A stretch of 63,556 bases of DNA, counting the filler, from Octopus bimaculoides (taxonomy: Eukaryota), in the NCBI RefSeq assembly GCF_001194135.2. It is 7 parts of 5 records of this genome, joined end to end, with 100 filler letters (N's around TTAATTAATTAA, not from the genome) between each part and the next. Parts side by side here need not be neighbours in the genome. Positions count along the whole stretch, not along the records: positions 18,280 to 36,989 come from NC_068986.1; 6 more parts are not named here. One strand, 5' to 3'. The notes beneath the pieces are model-generated. The model saw nothing but the letters and a program-made list of their open reading frames with translations. It did no database searches and had not been told where the DNA came from. This document shows, in pieces, positions 24,196-36,989 of this stretch (its first letter is position 1; each line of letters opens with the position of its first letter). The position numbers and the translations under genes were made by a program.

Positions 24196-24605
24196 CTCTG
24201 TCATATTTAATGACAATTATAGTTTTTTTTCTTTTTGGTAATACATTGCTAAACAGCTGCCTAATTTAATAATTTGTATACACATTACTGATTTGCTAAA
24301 TCATCCATAGATTTCTATGGAGTAGATATATATATACTACTAGCGATCTTGTTGTGCCAATCCTGCTGATGAGTGTTTAAAGCCGAAACCGTCGACAGTC
24401 CAGGGATATCATGACTGCCACTTTCGGCCGTTTACGGTCGCTGTCAGTATGTATGTATACAATTGTGTGCGTTGACTGCAACATCAGAGCACATTAGCTC
24501 TTATTTCTAGCATTGATGGTGTTCTTGAACACTCTGTCATATTTAATGACAATAGTAGTTTTTCTTTTTGGTGATATATTGGTAAACAGCTATCTAATTT
24601 ATTTA
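24196..24605 (+). mobile_element. Retrozyme/PLE-pLTR-like unit: 336-bp period with ~75-bp terminal direct repeat
   Basis: CTCTGTCATATTTAATGACAAT..TTTTCTTTTTGG..TAAACAGCT..CTAATTTA at 24196-24268 and 24532-24601, with a hammerhead between them. Confidence 0.6.
24360..24407 (+). ncRNA. Type I hammerhead ribozyme motif with quasi-palindromic helix III
   Basis: ATCCTG-CTGATGA-GTGTTTAAAGCC-GAAAC CGTCGACA GTC-CAGGGAT; GUC cleavage triplet (cut after 24400), helix I CCTG/CAGG. Confidence 0.75.
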
Positions 24606-25297
24606 TATATGTATGTATGTATATATACAATCTTACTACAATATTTCTTACCTTAATGCATACACCACCAACAACAACCTCTCATAAAAATCTAACTGAG
24701 AAACAGTTGATGTTGTGATGTTTATTCGGTTTGTCTAGCTTCGTATCGGCCGGAAGATTTACCTTTCACTTGGTTTACACAAAAGTTCAGAGGACAGGTC
24801 TAGTATGTGCCATTTAGCGGGGAAATGACAAAGTGTATACATATATACATACCTGTGTGTATGTATGTATGTATGTATGTATGTATGTGTGTGTGCGTGT
24901 GCGTGCGTACGTGTGTGAATGTATGTATGTATGTATAACCTCTGAAGCATGAAGCATGAGGAAGGAACAATGTAATTAATCAACATTCCTTCGTGATGTA
25001 TTCAAGTATTGCTTGCCTCCATTCCCCACCCCCTCTCTCTCTCTCTCTCCCCTTCTCTCTCTCTCTCTCTCTCCCCTTCTCTCTCTCTCTCTCTCTCTTT
25101 CTCTTTCTCTCCCTCTCCCCCCTCTCTCTCTCTGAAGTAAAATTAGACATTATTTCATGTATAAAAAGATAAGAAAAGCAGTAATATCAATTCATCTAAA
25201 AAAAGCTACTTGTGAGAGACTGGAATCCTATCCAGGAGTAGATTTTATCTCGCGAGCTATCAGATTAGAATGGAAATAGTTGCACGTCAAATAATCA

Positions 25298-25339
<42 letters not shown>

Positions 25340-25779
25340 AGGAAGTGGGGGTGGGATGGGGGTGAGTGTGATTGTAGTAGTAGGGGGTTAGCAACAAGTC
25401 ACTCTTCATTTAGCATGCATTAGGTAAATAGATGTACATTATCAAAAGTGCAATTGTACGAAGATTCGATTGCTATTTCTTGCAAGAAGAGTGAACATAT
25501 AGCTACTCTAAAGTGATCCGTAACTTTGAGTAACCATTTTCTCAATTTTGCGTCGAAATATTCCAAGTAATCCATTCCTGTCACAGACCGAGGAACCTTT
25601 ATAAACTTCAAACTTAATTAGTAAGTCACTTTTGCCGATGGGTCTAGGGGAGGTAAATCAGTTATAACTTCTTTAAAAATGCTATATCGTTTTTGTAATT
25701 AGGTACAATATTTGAACACTTTGGCTCTGACACTATATCAACACCACATAAAACTACATACATACATACATACATACAT

Positions 25780-25830
<51 letters not shown>

Positions 25831-27801
25831 CATATATATATATAATGACGAAGGTATTCCTTTTCGCTAATATTTCTACCCCGTCGGCTATACCTATATG
25901 TGTGTGTGTGTGTGTGTTGACATGTTTTCCCTACTTCTTCGTGAATTAACACACACACACACACACACACNNNNNNNNNNNNNNNNNNNNNNNNNNNNNN
26001 NNNNATATATATATATATATATATACATGCATACATACCTACATAAATTCATATAGATGTATATATACATACATACCCACATACATGCATACATATGTGC
26101 GTGCGTGTGTGTGTATGTATGTATGTATGAATGTATGCATGTATGTATGCATGTATGTATGTATGTATGTATGTATGTATTCATGTATGTATGTATGTAT
26201 GTATGTACTGAACTAATACTCCATAAAAATGTATTCACTCAGTTTAAGAGGTCAGTTTTTATGAAATCTCTAAAACTCTAATAAAGTTTTATTTGGATGG
26301 AATAACCATACTTGGAATTAATTTGCATAAAGCATTTAGATTATGTCCAGAGCAAAATATTTAGAACAGCAAAAAGCAAAGAGTTCGCTGATGTTTCTCT
26401 ATTAATTACACAAAATCTCTAATTATAGAGTCGCACGAAGCAGCGTTGAATAAAATATATGCATGTACAATGCTATTTAACAAGTTCCTGAACACTCAGA
26501 TGGGGGAAAAATATCTTCAGCTGCAGAAATAGTCTCTGGAGAAAACTCTCCTCATTGGTAACATGTGTGAATTGTTTACAGTTTGACAAAGCTTTACGCA
26601 CCTAAGTAAAGTTGCTGTTTGTTGTTCTTATATATCAGAAAATTTGTTCTTGAAGGGCTGTGAAATGTTATTCGGTGTTCGTGGCTGATAACGAGTAACA
26701 AGGCAGAAACGCATGGATACCACAATCCAATGACTTCATTCATAGCCTAATGTGTTTTTACACATATTGTCTATGGAGAGAGGTTCTTCTGAGGCTATTT
26801 TCACAGCAAAAGGTCTTCCTACGTCCAGTGTGCTCGAATATGTTAAATATTGTATATGTTAACATTTTATTGAACACTGCTTCGTATGACTCTAATTAAT
26901 TCTGCTAAATTAATTGTACTACTTTCTGTATTGGTATATTAAATTGGTGAATTAGTAGAGTCGTTAGAACTTTGGACAAAATGCCTCAAAATATTTATTC
27001 CAACTCTATGTGTCTGAGTTCACTTTTCCCTATTGCTTTGTACACTAAATCCGTTACCACTACTTGGCAGCTTGGCGTGCCTTTATCGGAATCCATTCTG
27101 TTACAATTTATTCAAGTCATACCTCCAGTTTAAGACTAAACTTCCTCCCGTCCTCCAACCAGTGACGGAAACCCTATAATGGACTATGAACACTCCATTC
27201 CTTATGGACTAAAAGAGGACTGTAAAAAAAAAACAACATATCAAAATTGTCCTGAAATGTTGGACTTAACTATTTAAACTAATACTCTACTAAAATACTG
27301 TACTGAGCAACATGTAAAAACAAATATAGGGGAAACTGATTGTAGTCTGTGTCGACCAAAATTATGTACCGTCCAAGCTTATCTCAATTCAGGAACTTAA
27401 CTAAATTACCAAAGTAAGCTTATTACACTGCTGAAGTAAACTTAGTAAATTACTATAGTAAATATATTAAATAGCTGTCATAGATCCACGAAATGACTGT
27501 AACAATATATTGCATACTATATGTACCAACTATATCTAAATATAATAGCAGTGTAACTTCAGGTTATCACGAATCGTATCTATTTATATGTATGTATACG
27601 AATACATAGATGCGCGCGCGCACACGTATGTGTCTATGTATCTATGTATCTATGTATTTATGAATGTATATGTTTCTTAGTATGCGTGTGTATTTATATG
27701 AATGTTAAAACCTCCAAGCAGTTGTATGCGCATTGCATATGCGTGTTCATATGTGTGTGTGAGTATGTATGTATGTATGTATGTGTATATATATATATAT
27801 T

Positions 27802-27839
<38 letters not shown>

Positions 27840-28671
27840 NNNNNNNNNNNNNNNNNNNNNNNNNNNNNNNNNNNNNNNNNNNNNNNNNNNNNNNNNNNNN
27901 NNNNNNNNNNNNNNNNNNNNNNNNNNNNNNNNNNNNNNNNNNNNNNNNNNNNNNNNNNNNNNNNNNNNNNNNNNNNNNNNNNNNNNNNNNNNNNNNNNNN
28001 NNNNNNNNNNNNNNNNNNNNNNNNNNNNNNNNNNNNNNNNNNNNNNNNNNNNNNNNNNNNNNNNNNNNNNNNNNNNNNNNNNNNNNNNNNNNNNNNNNNN
28101 NNNNNNNNNNNNNNNNNNNNNNNNNNNNNNNNNNNNNNNNNNNNNNNNNNNNNNNNNNNNNNNNNNNNNNNNNNNNNNNNNNNNNNNNNNNNNNNNNNNN
28201 NNNNNNNNNNNNNNNNNNNNNNNNNNNNNNNNNNNNNNNNNNNNNNNNNNNNNNNNNNNNNNNNNNNNNNNNNNNNNNNNNNNNNNNNNNNNNNNNNNNN
28301 NNNNNNNNNNNNNNNNNNNNNNNNNNNNNNNNNNNNNNNNNNNNNNNNNNNNNNNNNNNNNNNNNNNNNNNNNNNNNNNNNNNNNNNNNNNNNNNNNNNN
28401 NNNNNNNNNNNNNNNNNNNNNNNNNNNNNNNNNNNNNNNNNNTTTGAACATTCTCAAGTGTAACCGGCCGAAGCTGTAAGGATGATCTGGAAACTTAACT
28501 GACGAGAGAGGACTGCGAATATCCCGTCGTTGTTTTTCCTGCCCGTTTTTTTGTTCTTTTTCCCGTCCGTCTTTGTATCGTCTATCTGTCCGGATGTTTT
28601 CTTGTCGTCTGTTGCATTCTTGTTCCATTTTTTGGGAGATAGATAGATAGATAGATAGATACATACATACA

Positions 28672-28702
<31 letters not shown>

Positions 28703-28787
28703 GTATGTGTGTATGTGTGTGTGTGCGTGTGTGTGTGTGTGCGTGTGTGTGTGCGTGTGTGTGTGCGTGTGTGTGTGTGTGTGTGTC

Positions 28788-29269
28788 CAACTTCACGTGG
28801 ACTCTGTTAGAACACCAAATACTGCGCCATTACCCTTGAGAGATCCTCTCATATAAGAGTTTCATGCATAAGAGCACACACATGGATCGTCGCAGTATTC
28901 GGTGTTCAACTAAGACACCCTTATTAAGTTGAATATAAAGATAACTTTATGGTATTAATATTCATTCCATCGCTTACAATTTTTAATGAGCCTGTTGGCT
29001 ATTTGCGATACCAATAACTGAAAAGAAGCTGATATTCTATATGTCATCGCAGCGAGATGTGACTGGTGTGTGATGACCGGACACCTCCGACGGATGATTT
29101 CCAGTAGAATGGAATCTCGTGATATGGGAATTCCGGCGCCCATGACAAACGATTCTCGTCTGCTACGTTCTATGTTTGTGCTTTCATGCCCCAAGCGCCT
29201 ATATGAGAGGATTACTCAAGGCTAATAACGCAGTATTCGGTGCTCTAACAAGACATCCATGTTAAGTTG
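28788..29269. repeat. Inverted repeat pair (~68-bp arms) plus a third partial copy
   Basis: GTTAGAACACCAAATACTGCGCCATTACCCTTGAGAGATCCTCTCATATA vs TATATGAGAGGATTACTCAAGGCTAATAACGCAGTATTCGGTGCTCTAAC; extra copy at 28891-28931. Confidence 0.8.
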
Positions 29270-29392
29270 ATATTGATACTGCTTCCATCGCTAATAATAA
29301 TGTGTGTGTGTGTGTGTATGTGTGTGTGCGTGTGTGTGGTGTACACATACATACATACATACATACATACATACATACATACATACATGCAT

Positions 29393-29780
29393 GTTGTTTG
29401 TTGTTGGCACTCCGTCGCTTACGACGTCGAGGTTTCCAGTTGATTCGATCAACGGAATAGCCTGCTCGTGAAATTAACGTGCAAGTGGCTGAGCACTCCA
29501 CAGACACGTGTGCCCTTAACGTAGTTCTCGGGGATATTCAGCGTGACACAGTGTGGCAAGGCTGACCCTTTGAATTACAGGCACAACAGAAACAGGAAGT
29601 AAGAGTGAAAGAAAGTTGTGGTGAAAGAGTACAGCTGGGTTCGCCACCATCCTCTGCCGGAGCCTCGTGGACTTTAGGTGCTTTCGCTCAATAAACACTC
29701 ACAACGCCCGGTCTGGGAATCGAAACCGCGATCCTATGACCGCGAGTCCGCTGTCCTAACCACTGGGCCATCGCGCCTCC
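29393..29780 (-). mobile_element. SINE family C1, near full length, within a (TACA)n tract
   Basis: Reverse complement of the 9920 copy, without its internal deletions. Confidence 0.95.
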
Positions 29781-30274
29781 ACATACATACATACATACAT
29801 ACATACATACATACATTTACATACAGCCGACTACTACAGCTGTTAACTACTTCCCAGCAACAATCAGAAGGAAACGGAATACTTCACCATGAGACCTACA
29901 TAAGAAAAACATGTGAGTTTCTTGGACTGATACGATGGAAGTTTAATTTGATTTAATTTGATTTATTTCAATTTATTTTCCTTTCTAGTTAAAAAATGAC
30001 TAGATCTTTTTAAAACGATAAAAACTGGTAGCTGTTTATAGAGTTTAAAATGTAAATATTTTCTTGTTTCCTCGATAAAGTTCTCAAAGCATTTCTTTTT
30101 TAATATTTTACACATACGTACACACACACACACACACACACACATACACACAACACAAACGTACGCACGTACGCACGCACGCTCACACACACACAACATA
30201 CACATGCGCACGCGCGCACGCACACATGCACACATACAGCAACGCCCATAATATATTTACTATAGTACAACAAA

Positions 30275-30430
30275 GGCGCATGGCTTAGTGTTCAGGGTAT
30301 TCGGCCCACGATCGTAAAGTTGTGGGTTCGATTCCCATTGGTGAGTTGCGTCCTTGAGCAAGATATTTTATTTCAGATTGCTCCAGTCAACCCAGCTGCC
30401 AAAAATGAGTTGTACCTGTAATTAAAAGGT
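30275..30430 (+). mobile_element. SINE family C2 5' part
   Basis: GGCGCATGGCTTAGTG..GGGTTCGATTCCC..GTCCTTGAGCAAG..GAGTTGTACCTGTAAT. Confidence 0.8.
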
Positions 30431-30639
30431 CCATAGTAAAACAATCAGTGTAGTAGAACTTCAGCAATACTATATCCATACCAATAATATAACCACCTCT
30501 ACGTCATACCTACAGCTATAATATAGGTACATCTCTAGTATAGTAACACCAATGGTGTAGCTTCACCTATAGTATAGCTACGAGTATAGCATAAAAGCAC
30601 CTATAATATACCCATACCTCACCCTATAGTACTCCATCG

Positions 30640-30728
30640 ATTTTTTGTCGAGTCACTAAGTTACGGGGGAGGCAAACACACCAACACTGGTTGTCAAGCG
30701 GTGGTGGGAGACAAACACAGACGCAAAG

Positions 30729-30801
<73 letters not shown>

Positions 30802-30955
30802 CGTACAACGGGCTTCTTTCAGTTTCCGTCTACCAAATTCACTCACAAAGCTTTGGTCAGCCCAAGGCTATAGTAGAAGACACTTGTTCAAGGTGCCACG
30901 CAGTGGGACTGAAACCGGAGCCATGTGGTTGGGAAGCAAACTTCTTACCACACAG
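30640..30955 (-). mobile_element. SINE family B with internal (CA)n/(TA)n expansion
   Basis: Family B head and tail separated by a microsatellite. Confidence 0.9.
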
Positions 30956-32011
30956 ATATACCTGCACTTATGTATAAATAAACATTGAAACATGGTGACT
31001 ATCTTTTCAAGTGCTGTTGCATTTCACAAGCAATTTTCGGTGTATAAGTTGACCTATCGTTTTTGGCTGTAAATTTGCGTCTGAAAAAATTTAACTTGTA
31101 AGCCAGAAAATACGATATCAGGCTACCCAGACATGTTACACAAGACTGTACTGACCACCTATAATTGCTTGTAGACAAATAGGTGTAAATACACCGAGTG
31201 TGCTCACAGCGTCACACAACCAAACTGTGGGATTCACACATTTCGGAGTGATTATCACCTCTTCAGCCACAGAGACTGAAAGAGTAGTCGCTGCGAACTG
31301 ACACGAGAGACAGGTCCCTCTTATTATGTGTGTATGTGCGCGCACCAATGTTAGTCATGGTCTATATATTCAATAACTTCTTTAACAATTTGCCTTTTCA
31401 ATTGTTAGATCTGTCTAATATTGTATGAAAATAAACAATGCAGAAGAGGACTAATACAAGCTATATAACAAGTGAATCTCTCCTGTTAGAACAGTCAAAC
31501 TACCCTCAAATCACTCTTTACTGCCTTCAAAAACATAGAAGAGATTGTCACAAGCGAGACAAAATTTATCATAAGATTGACTGCCCGAACACACCTAGCG
31601 GTAAAGAACAACAACAGCAACGACTGTGTAGTTGCTCCTTTTGCTAGAAATAACAACCAGAGATCACAGAATTCATTTCCTACAAAAGACACATTGGATA
31701 AAATGCAGTCAAATGTACATTATGTTTAATGAATATAAAGATGACAAAATGCTTTTAAGCATAAATTTGGATAAACACAGATATTAAATCTGCAAATGAT
31801 TCGTTATATCGATTACTAATAGTTGTAGTAATTGAGATAATTTCATATTTAACATAATTGCATATTTTGAGCAAGCAATCATTTAAAAGATTGAAAAATT
31901 CACTGTGAAAAGGTCGTTAAACTTTTTCCAACAGTTTTTATTGAAATTCATAGAATATCAACAAATAAAAATATTCTATATTAAATTAAAAGAGGGAGAT
32001 TATACATACAT

Positions 32012-32078
<67 letters not shown>

Positions 32079-32379
32079 NNNNNNNNNNNNNNNNNNNNNN
32101 NNNNNNNNNNNNNNNNNNNNNNNNNNNNNNNNNNNNNNNNNNNNNNNNNNNNNNNNNNNNNNNNNNNNNNNNNNNNNNNNNNNNNNNNNNNNNNNNNNNN
32201 NNNNNNNNNNNNNNNNNNNNNNNNNNNNNNNNNNNNNNNNNNNNNNNNNNNNNNNNNNNNNNNNNNNNNNNNNNNNNNNNNNNNNNNNNNNNNNNNNNNN
32301 NNNNNNNNNNNNNNNNNNNNNNNNNNNNNNNNNNNNNNNNNNNNNNNNNNNNNNNNNNNNNNNNNNNNNNNNNNNNNNN

Positions 32380-32426
<47 letters not shown>

Positions 32427-33006
32427 TCCGAATTTGTGTAAATGCGTATAGAATAATATATCAGTTGAATAAAGTTAAAACATGGTCTGGTTTCCACGTT
32501 TTTTATTATGGTATTTAAAAATTATAATTTTCTTTTTACAATGTTGAAGTGGGCTAAACATTAAAAAAATATTTTGTAATGTCCATAAGGTTCAATTAGC
32601 GCTTTCATACGTTTGTAGTAATCATCAGATTTCAAAATGTATTTAACTGACAGTCGAGTTCTTGACAACTGTAGTAAAATGACTGACTTCTTCCTTTTTG
32701 TCCCTCTTAGAAGCCTCCAACAAGCCCAATTTTTATTTTGACCAATTCGTATGCAGCTTAAACGTCACGATATTACTGGCATAGAACCCGCCTTTATTTT
32801 AACCAATTAGCTTGCGGTTTACATGTCATGGTTTTCTGAGTGGACAAACTTAGTTGGTTTCGATCGTTTTTATCTCAAATGATGGGAGTCTTCTGTAATT
32901 TGTTTATATTCATATGTTAAAGATATTTTTTAATCCACATCATTAACTGGTTGCCATATTATTGTTGTTATTTCCATTTAGAACATTTTAATAAACCGTT
33001 TTTCTT

Positions 33007-33860
33007 TTAACTTTCTTCCACCCTCACTTGTGTTTGTGGAAAAGAAAAAATTAGAAACATTTTCTGACCACATGTTTCTATATGCTCGCTCAATAGAATT
33101 TGTTGTCTGTGGACTCGTGAGCGTTCCGATAATGCATTCCATGTCTCGCTAATATATAGTTCCTCGCAATTCGGGCGTATCTGCATTTGCGAAAATCTTT
33201 TCATTTTTTGTTCTAATGGATCTACAAGTATGTATGTATTGACACGTTCCACATCTGTTGTCATTACACTTGGATACTGTGAATGTTTTATCATGTTTGT
33301 TCATATTGAATTTTGCCTTTGTTAATAGTTTCTTTAGGTTATGTGGTTGCCTTTTGTTTGATTAGTTATTATGCTTCTTAATATTTTGTTTGATTAGTTA
33401 TTATGCTTTTTAATTTTTCACTTTGTTTCATGATTGACAAATTTGTTTTGATGATGTTAAAAATGTTTTGGTGATGCGAATTGTGTGTTACTAGAAATAG
33501 TATTGTGTTCCGTTGATAGGTACGTCTTTCTCGTGTTGCTCTAAGTTGTTCTACAGATATTTCGTTTGCTCGTTATATGCTATTTTCTATAAGTAGGAGA
33601 GGGTAATTTGAGTTCTATAACACAAATCCTTTGAGTTCTATCAGTCGTATGTTCCTGGTATTTGGATCATCTACTATAGTACAAATTTTCCTGGCTAGAC
33701 AGTACAGTATGTTGAGTGGCATGATTTGAAATTTAGGTACTGGTGTGTATCTGTGCTTTTGTAATAATTATCAGAATATCCGTTGTGATTGTGGTGTTGT
33801 TTTAATTACCATTATGTCAAGAAATGGTAATTGTGTGTTGCTCATTTCTCTTGTGAATTT
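33007..33860 (-). mobile_element. Penelope-like element remnant (RT thumb + GIY-YIG endonuclease)
   Basis: Frameshifted motifs KFTREMSNTQLPFLDIMVIK, YYKSTDTHQYLNFKSCH, CLARKICTIV, then PNCEELYISET..ALSERSRVHRQQI..SEHIETCG. Confidence 0.85.
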
Positions 33861-33861
33861 G

Positions 33862-33892
<31 letters not shown>

Positions 33893-34149
33893 GGCGAGAG
33901 TCCTTGGCACCCCTGTGGGATTGAAAAAATGGACTAGCCGAACTCTTATAAAAAGTACCGTATTGGTTGAGACGACAGAGAAATCATAGGAGTCGTTGAG
34001 ATTTCGAGGAAGTCGTTGAGATTGTGAGATTTTGTATTTATTAGAGTATCGTGTTTAGTGGAATAATTTGAAGTACGTCGTGTGAAGACAGTTGTGTCTA
34101 TCTCCGCTTTGTGAAATCTGTATATCCAACGTATAGAAGGATATAAAAG

Positions 34150-34162
34150 TGGCGACGAGGAT
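34150..34162 (+). promoter_or_regulatory. Primer-binding site complementary to the tRNA-Ser(GCU) 3' end
   Basis: TGGCGACGAGGAT is complementary to ...AUCCUCGUCGCCA (metazoan tRNA-Ser-GCU 3' end, from recall). Confidence 0.75.
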
Positions 34163-34254
34163 ATCCACTTATAAAAGTTGCAACGAGTTTATTCGAAGTT
34201 TACGTCGGACGTTAACATTGTCTTATGATATAAAATCCACCCAAATTAGTTAAC

Positions 34255-35263
34255 ATGAAAGACTTAGCCTCCGTGGTGCAGTTGCAACAGCAACAGCAGC
34301 AACAACAGTTACAGCATCAGTTACAACAACAACAACAACAACAATACCAACAACTGCTGGAATTAATGTTGAAGTCCAAAAATACCTCAGGTTCGTTCTC
34401 GCCATACGGCGTAGCAAACGCAATAGCAGAATTTAATTATAACTCAGAAGGTATAACTTTTTCTGCATATTTCCGAAGATATGAAGAAATCTTCAAAGGA
34501 GAATGCAAAAATTGGACGGACAATGAAAAGGTACGACTACTTTTAAAAAAAATTTCCCCTGTCGAACACGGAAAATACCGTAACTACATTCTGCAAAAAA
34601 AAAAGAGTGAGAGAGAGAAACGTGAAATTTGTTTCGATGAAACAATTAACTTGTTATCTAAAATTTTTAGGGAGTGAAGTTTCTTGTTCAATACTCGATG
34701 GGAGTGTTTGAATTTAGTAAAAAAAAGATGATGAAGATTTCGTCATTTATGCCGGAATCGTCAACTGAGAATGCGAAAAATTGAAAGTAAAAGAATTAAT
34801 CTTGGATATGTTCAAATGTTTAATTTTTGTTCAAGGGTTATCTGCAAGCAAAGATGCAGAAATATGTGCCCTGATATTAACAAAATTAGAACAGGACCAG
34901 AATTTGACTCTGCAGACAGTGGCAGAGGAATGTCAAAGAATTATTAATCTACGACATGACGCCAATAAAATCGAAGAAAAGGATTACTCTCACATACATG
35001 CGTGTCGGCCTGTAACAGATAAGGAAACAGAAAAACGAAGATCAAGACCCAATCCATGCTATGGGTGCATAGGTCTACATTTTAGAAATAACTGTCCGTT
35101 TAAAACCTTAAAATGTTTTAACTGTCAAAAAATCGGACATAAAAGCTCGCATTGCAAAGCAGAAAAAACTAAAAAGGTCGGACGGAAAAAATTGTGGAAA
35201 GGTTTTCTCAACAGAAAGTCTAGGCGAGGCTCACAAAAGAAAGTTTGTGTACATAAAAATTAA
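34255..35263 (+). pseudogene. gag: Gypsy gag (poly-Q N-terminus, zinc knuckles)
   Basis: Two knuckles: CYGCIGLHFRNNC (atypical spacing) and CFNCQKIGHKSSHC (canonical CX2CX4HX4C); internal stop and frameshift. Confidence 0.85.
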
Positions 35264-36860
35264 TAATTTGAACGTGAAGTTACCGCTAGATATAGGCAGT
35301 GATATTACAATTATTAACACTGACACATGGGAAACAAAAGGAAAGCCTACATTAATGGAAATTTTAATAGTTGCGAAAAGTGTCTCTGGAAGAAAATTAC
35401 ATTTTTGGGGCGAAATGATAACTGAGGTTACATTTCGGGATAAAACTTTGAAACCAAAAGTTTTTGTGTTAAATAATGCAACAAACGTGTTCGATACTAA
35501 ATGGATAGAATTATTTCATTTGTAGGACCTCCCCATAAATTCTGTTCTGTAAAAGTATAAATGGTTTTTCCTCCAGTAAAAACAAGTTGTCAGACGAATT
35601 GAAAGAAAAAGTAAAAAATATTTTTTCTGAAGTTCTGTCCGAAAAATTAGGTCTGTGTACCAAGACAAAGGCGTGTTTTCAAATAAAAGAAAACGCCAGC
35701 CTAAATTAATGGTACCCTTCGCAGCGATGAAGCAAGTCAATGAAGAAGTGAAGAGACTAGAAAAAATTGGAATTATCCAAGAAGTGGAATATTCTAAACG
35801 GACAGCACCAACTGTGTATATTAAGAAAAAGAATAATAAAATCTGAATGTGCGCTGATTTTTCCACTGGCCTTAGCGAATGTCTTAAAACGTGTCACTAT
35901 CCGCTACCTACTCCGGAGGATATGTTTTGCAAAATTAAACGGTGGAAAGATATTTTCTAAACTGGATCTCTCAGATGCGTACCTACAAATTAGAATACAC
36001 GATGAATGCTCGAAATACCTAATAGCACACAAGGGACTGTATGAGTACAACAGGTTACCATTTGATTTAAAAGTCGCACCAGCGATTTATTTAACAGATT
36101 ATGAATGCAAAGTTAGCGGACTGTGAATTCGCAGTTCCATATCTGGATGATATACTCATTAAAAGCGAATCCAGGGATCAACACATCGAGCATGTAACTA
36201 TGTATTTGAAAAAATTAAGGATTACAGCTTTACCTTGGGTGAAGAAAAGTCTGAATTTTTTTTTTACCGGAAATAAGATATTTAGGACAAACCATTGACA
36301 GAAATGGACGACGACCTGACCCGTCGATGGCAGTTGCAATTAAAAATACGCCTCCTCCGACTAATATAGCGACATTACAAGCATTTTTAGGACTGGCAAA
36401 TTATTACCAAAATTATATTCTAAGTATGCATAAGGTTAGGGCTCCACTCAATAATTTGCTGAAAAAGGATAGGAAATGGAATTGGTCAGAAAACTGTGAA
36501 AAGGCGTTTGATGAAATTTAAAAAATAATATCTGATTTGTCGATCCCGCAGCGGAGATTGTAGCTTCAGACGCTTCTGAGTACGGTATAGGAGAAGTAAT
36601 TCTACATAAATATAAAGATGGTAACATGAAGGCGGTGGTTCATGTCTCACGTTCTCTGATTTTAGCAGAGAAAAAATATAGTCAAATCGAAAAAGAAGCT
36701 CCAGTGATCGTTTTTGCTGTGAAAAAAATTCACAGATTTTTGTACAGTAGACGTTTTCGGCTAATCACCGACCGTTATCATCGATAATCGAGTAAAAAAA
36801 AAAAAAGGAATTCCAACTTATACTGCTAATAGGTTACAACGTTGGGCTACGATATTATTA
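35247..36860 (+). pseudogene. pol: Gypsy pol (protease, RT, RNase H)
   Basis: LDIGSDITII (protease), SKLDLSDAYLQ, RLPFDLKVAPAI, YLDDILI (RT), ASDASEYGIG and YSQIEKEA (RNase H). Confidence 0.9.
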
Positions 36861-36861
36861 A

Positions 36862-36989
36862 ACTACGATCTTATGGTTGTAAAGATCAGCTACTCATCAA
36901 TAAGATGATCTTAGAAGATTGTCACAAGCGACACAAAAACTTGTCAATAGCCTGGATAGACTATAAAAAGGCCTTTGATAGCCTACCAC
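36862..36989 (+). mobile_element. R4/Dong-like non-LTR retrotransposon RT fragment inserted in Gypsy
   Basis: [35 protein letters not shown]. Confidence 0.85.

Larger units (their letters stand above)
33887..36860 (+). mobile_element. Gypsy LTR retrotransposon (5' LTR, PBS, gag-pro-RT-RNase H), decayed and 3' truncated
   Basis: LTR starts TGTTGT at 33887 and ends ~34148; PBS follows; ordered coding motifs downstream. Confidence 0.93.

Noticed and set aside
30430-30640. Spaced short repeats resembling an array (also the 20-bp tandem at ~52657-52710)
   Set aside because: Degenerate minisatellites with no constant repeat-spacer structure; eukaryotic context and no cas genes, so not CRISPR.
32845-32890. 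Minus-strand TGA-GAT..ATC-GAAAC downstream of the PLE endonuclease
   Set aside because: Position fits a pseudo-LTR ribozyme but the core matches only partly.
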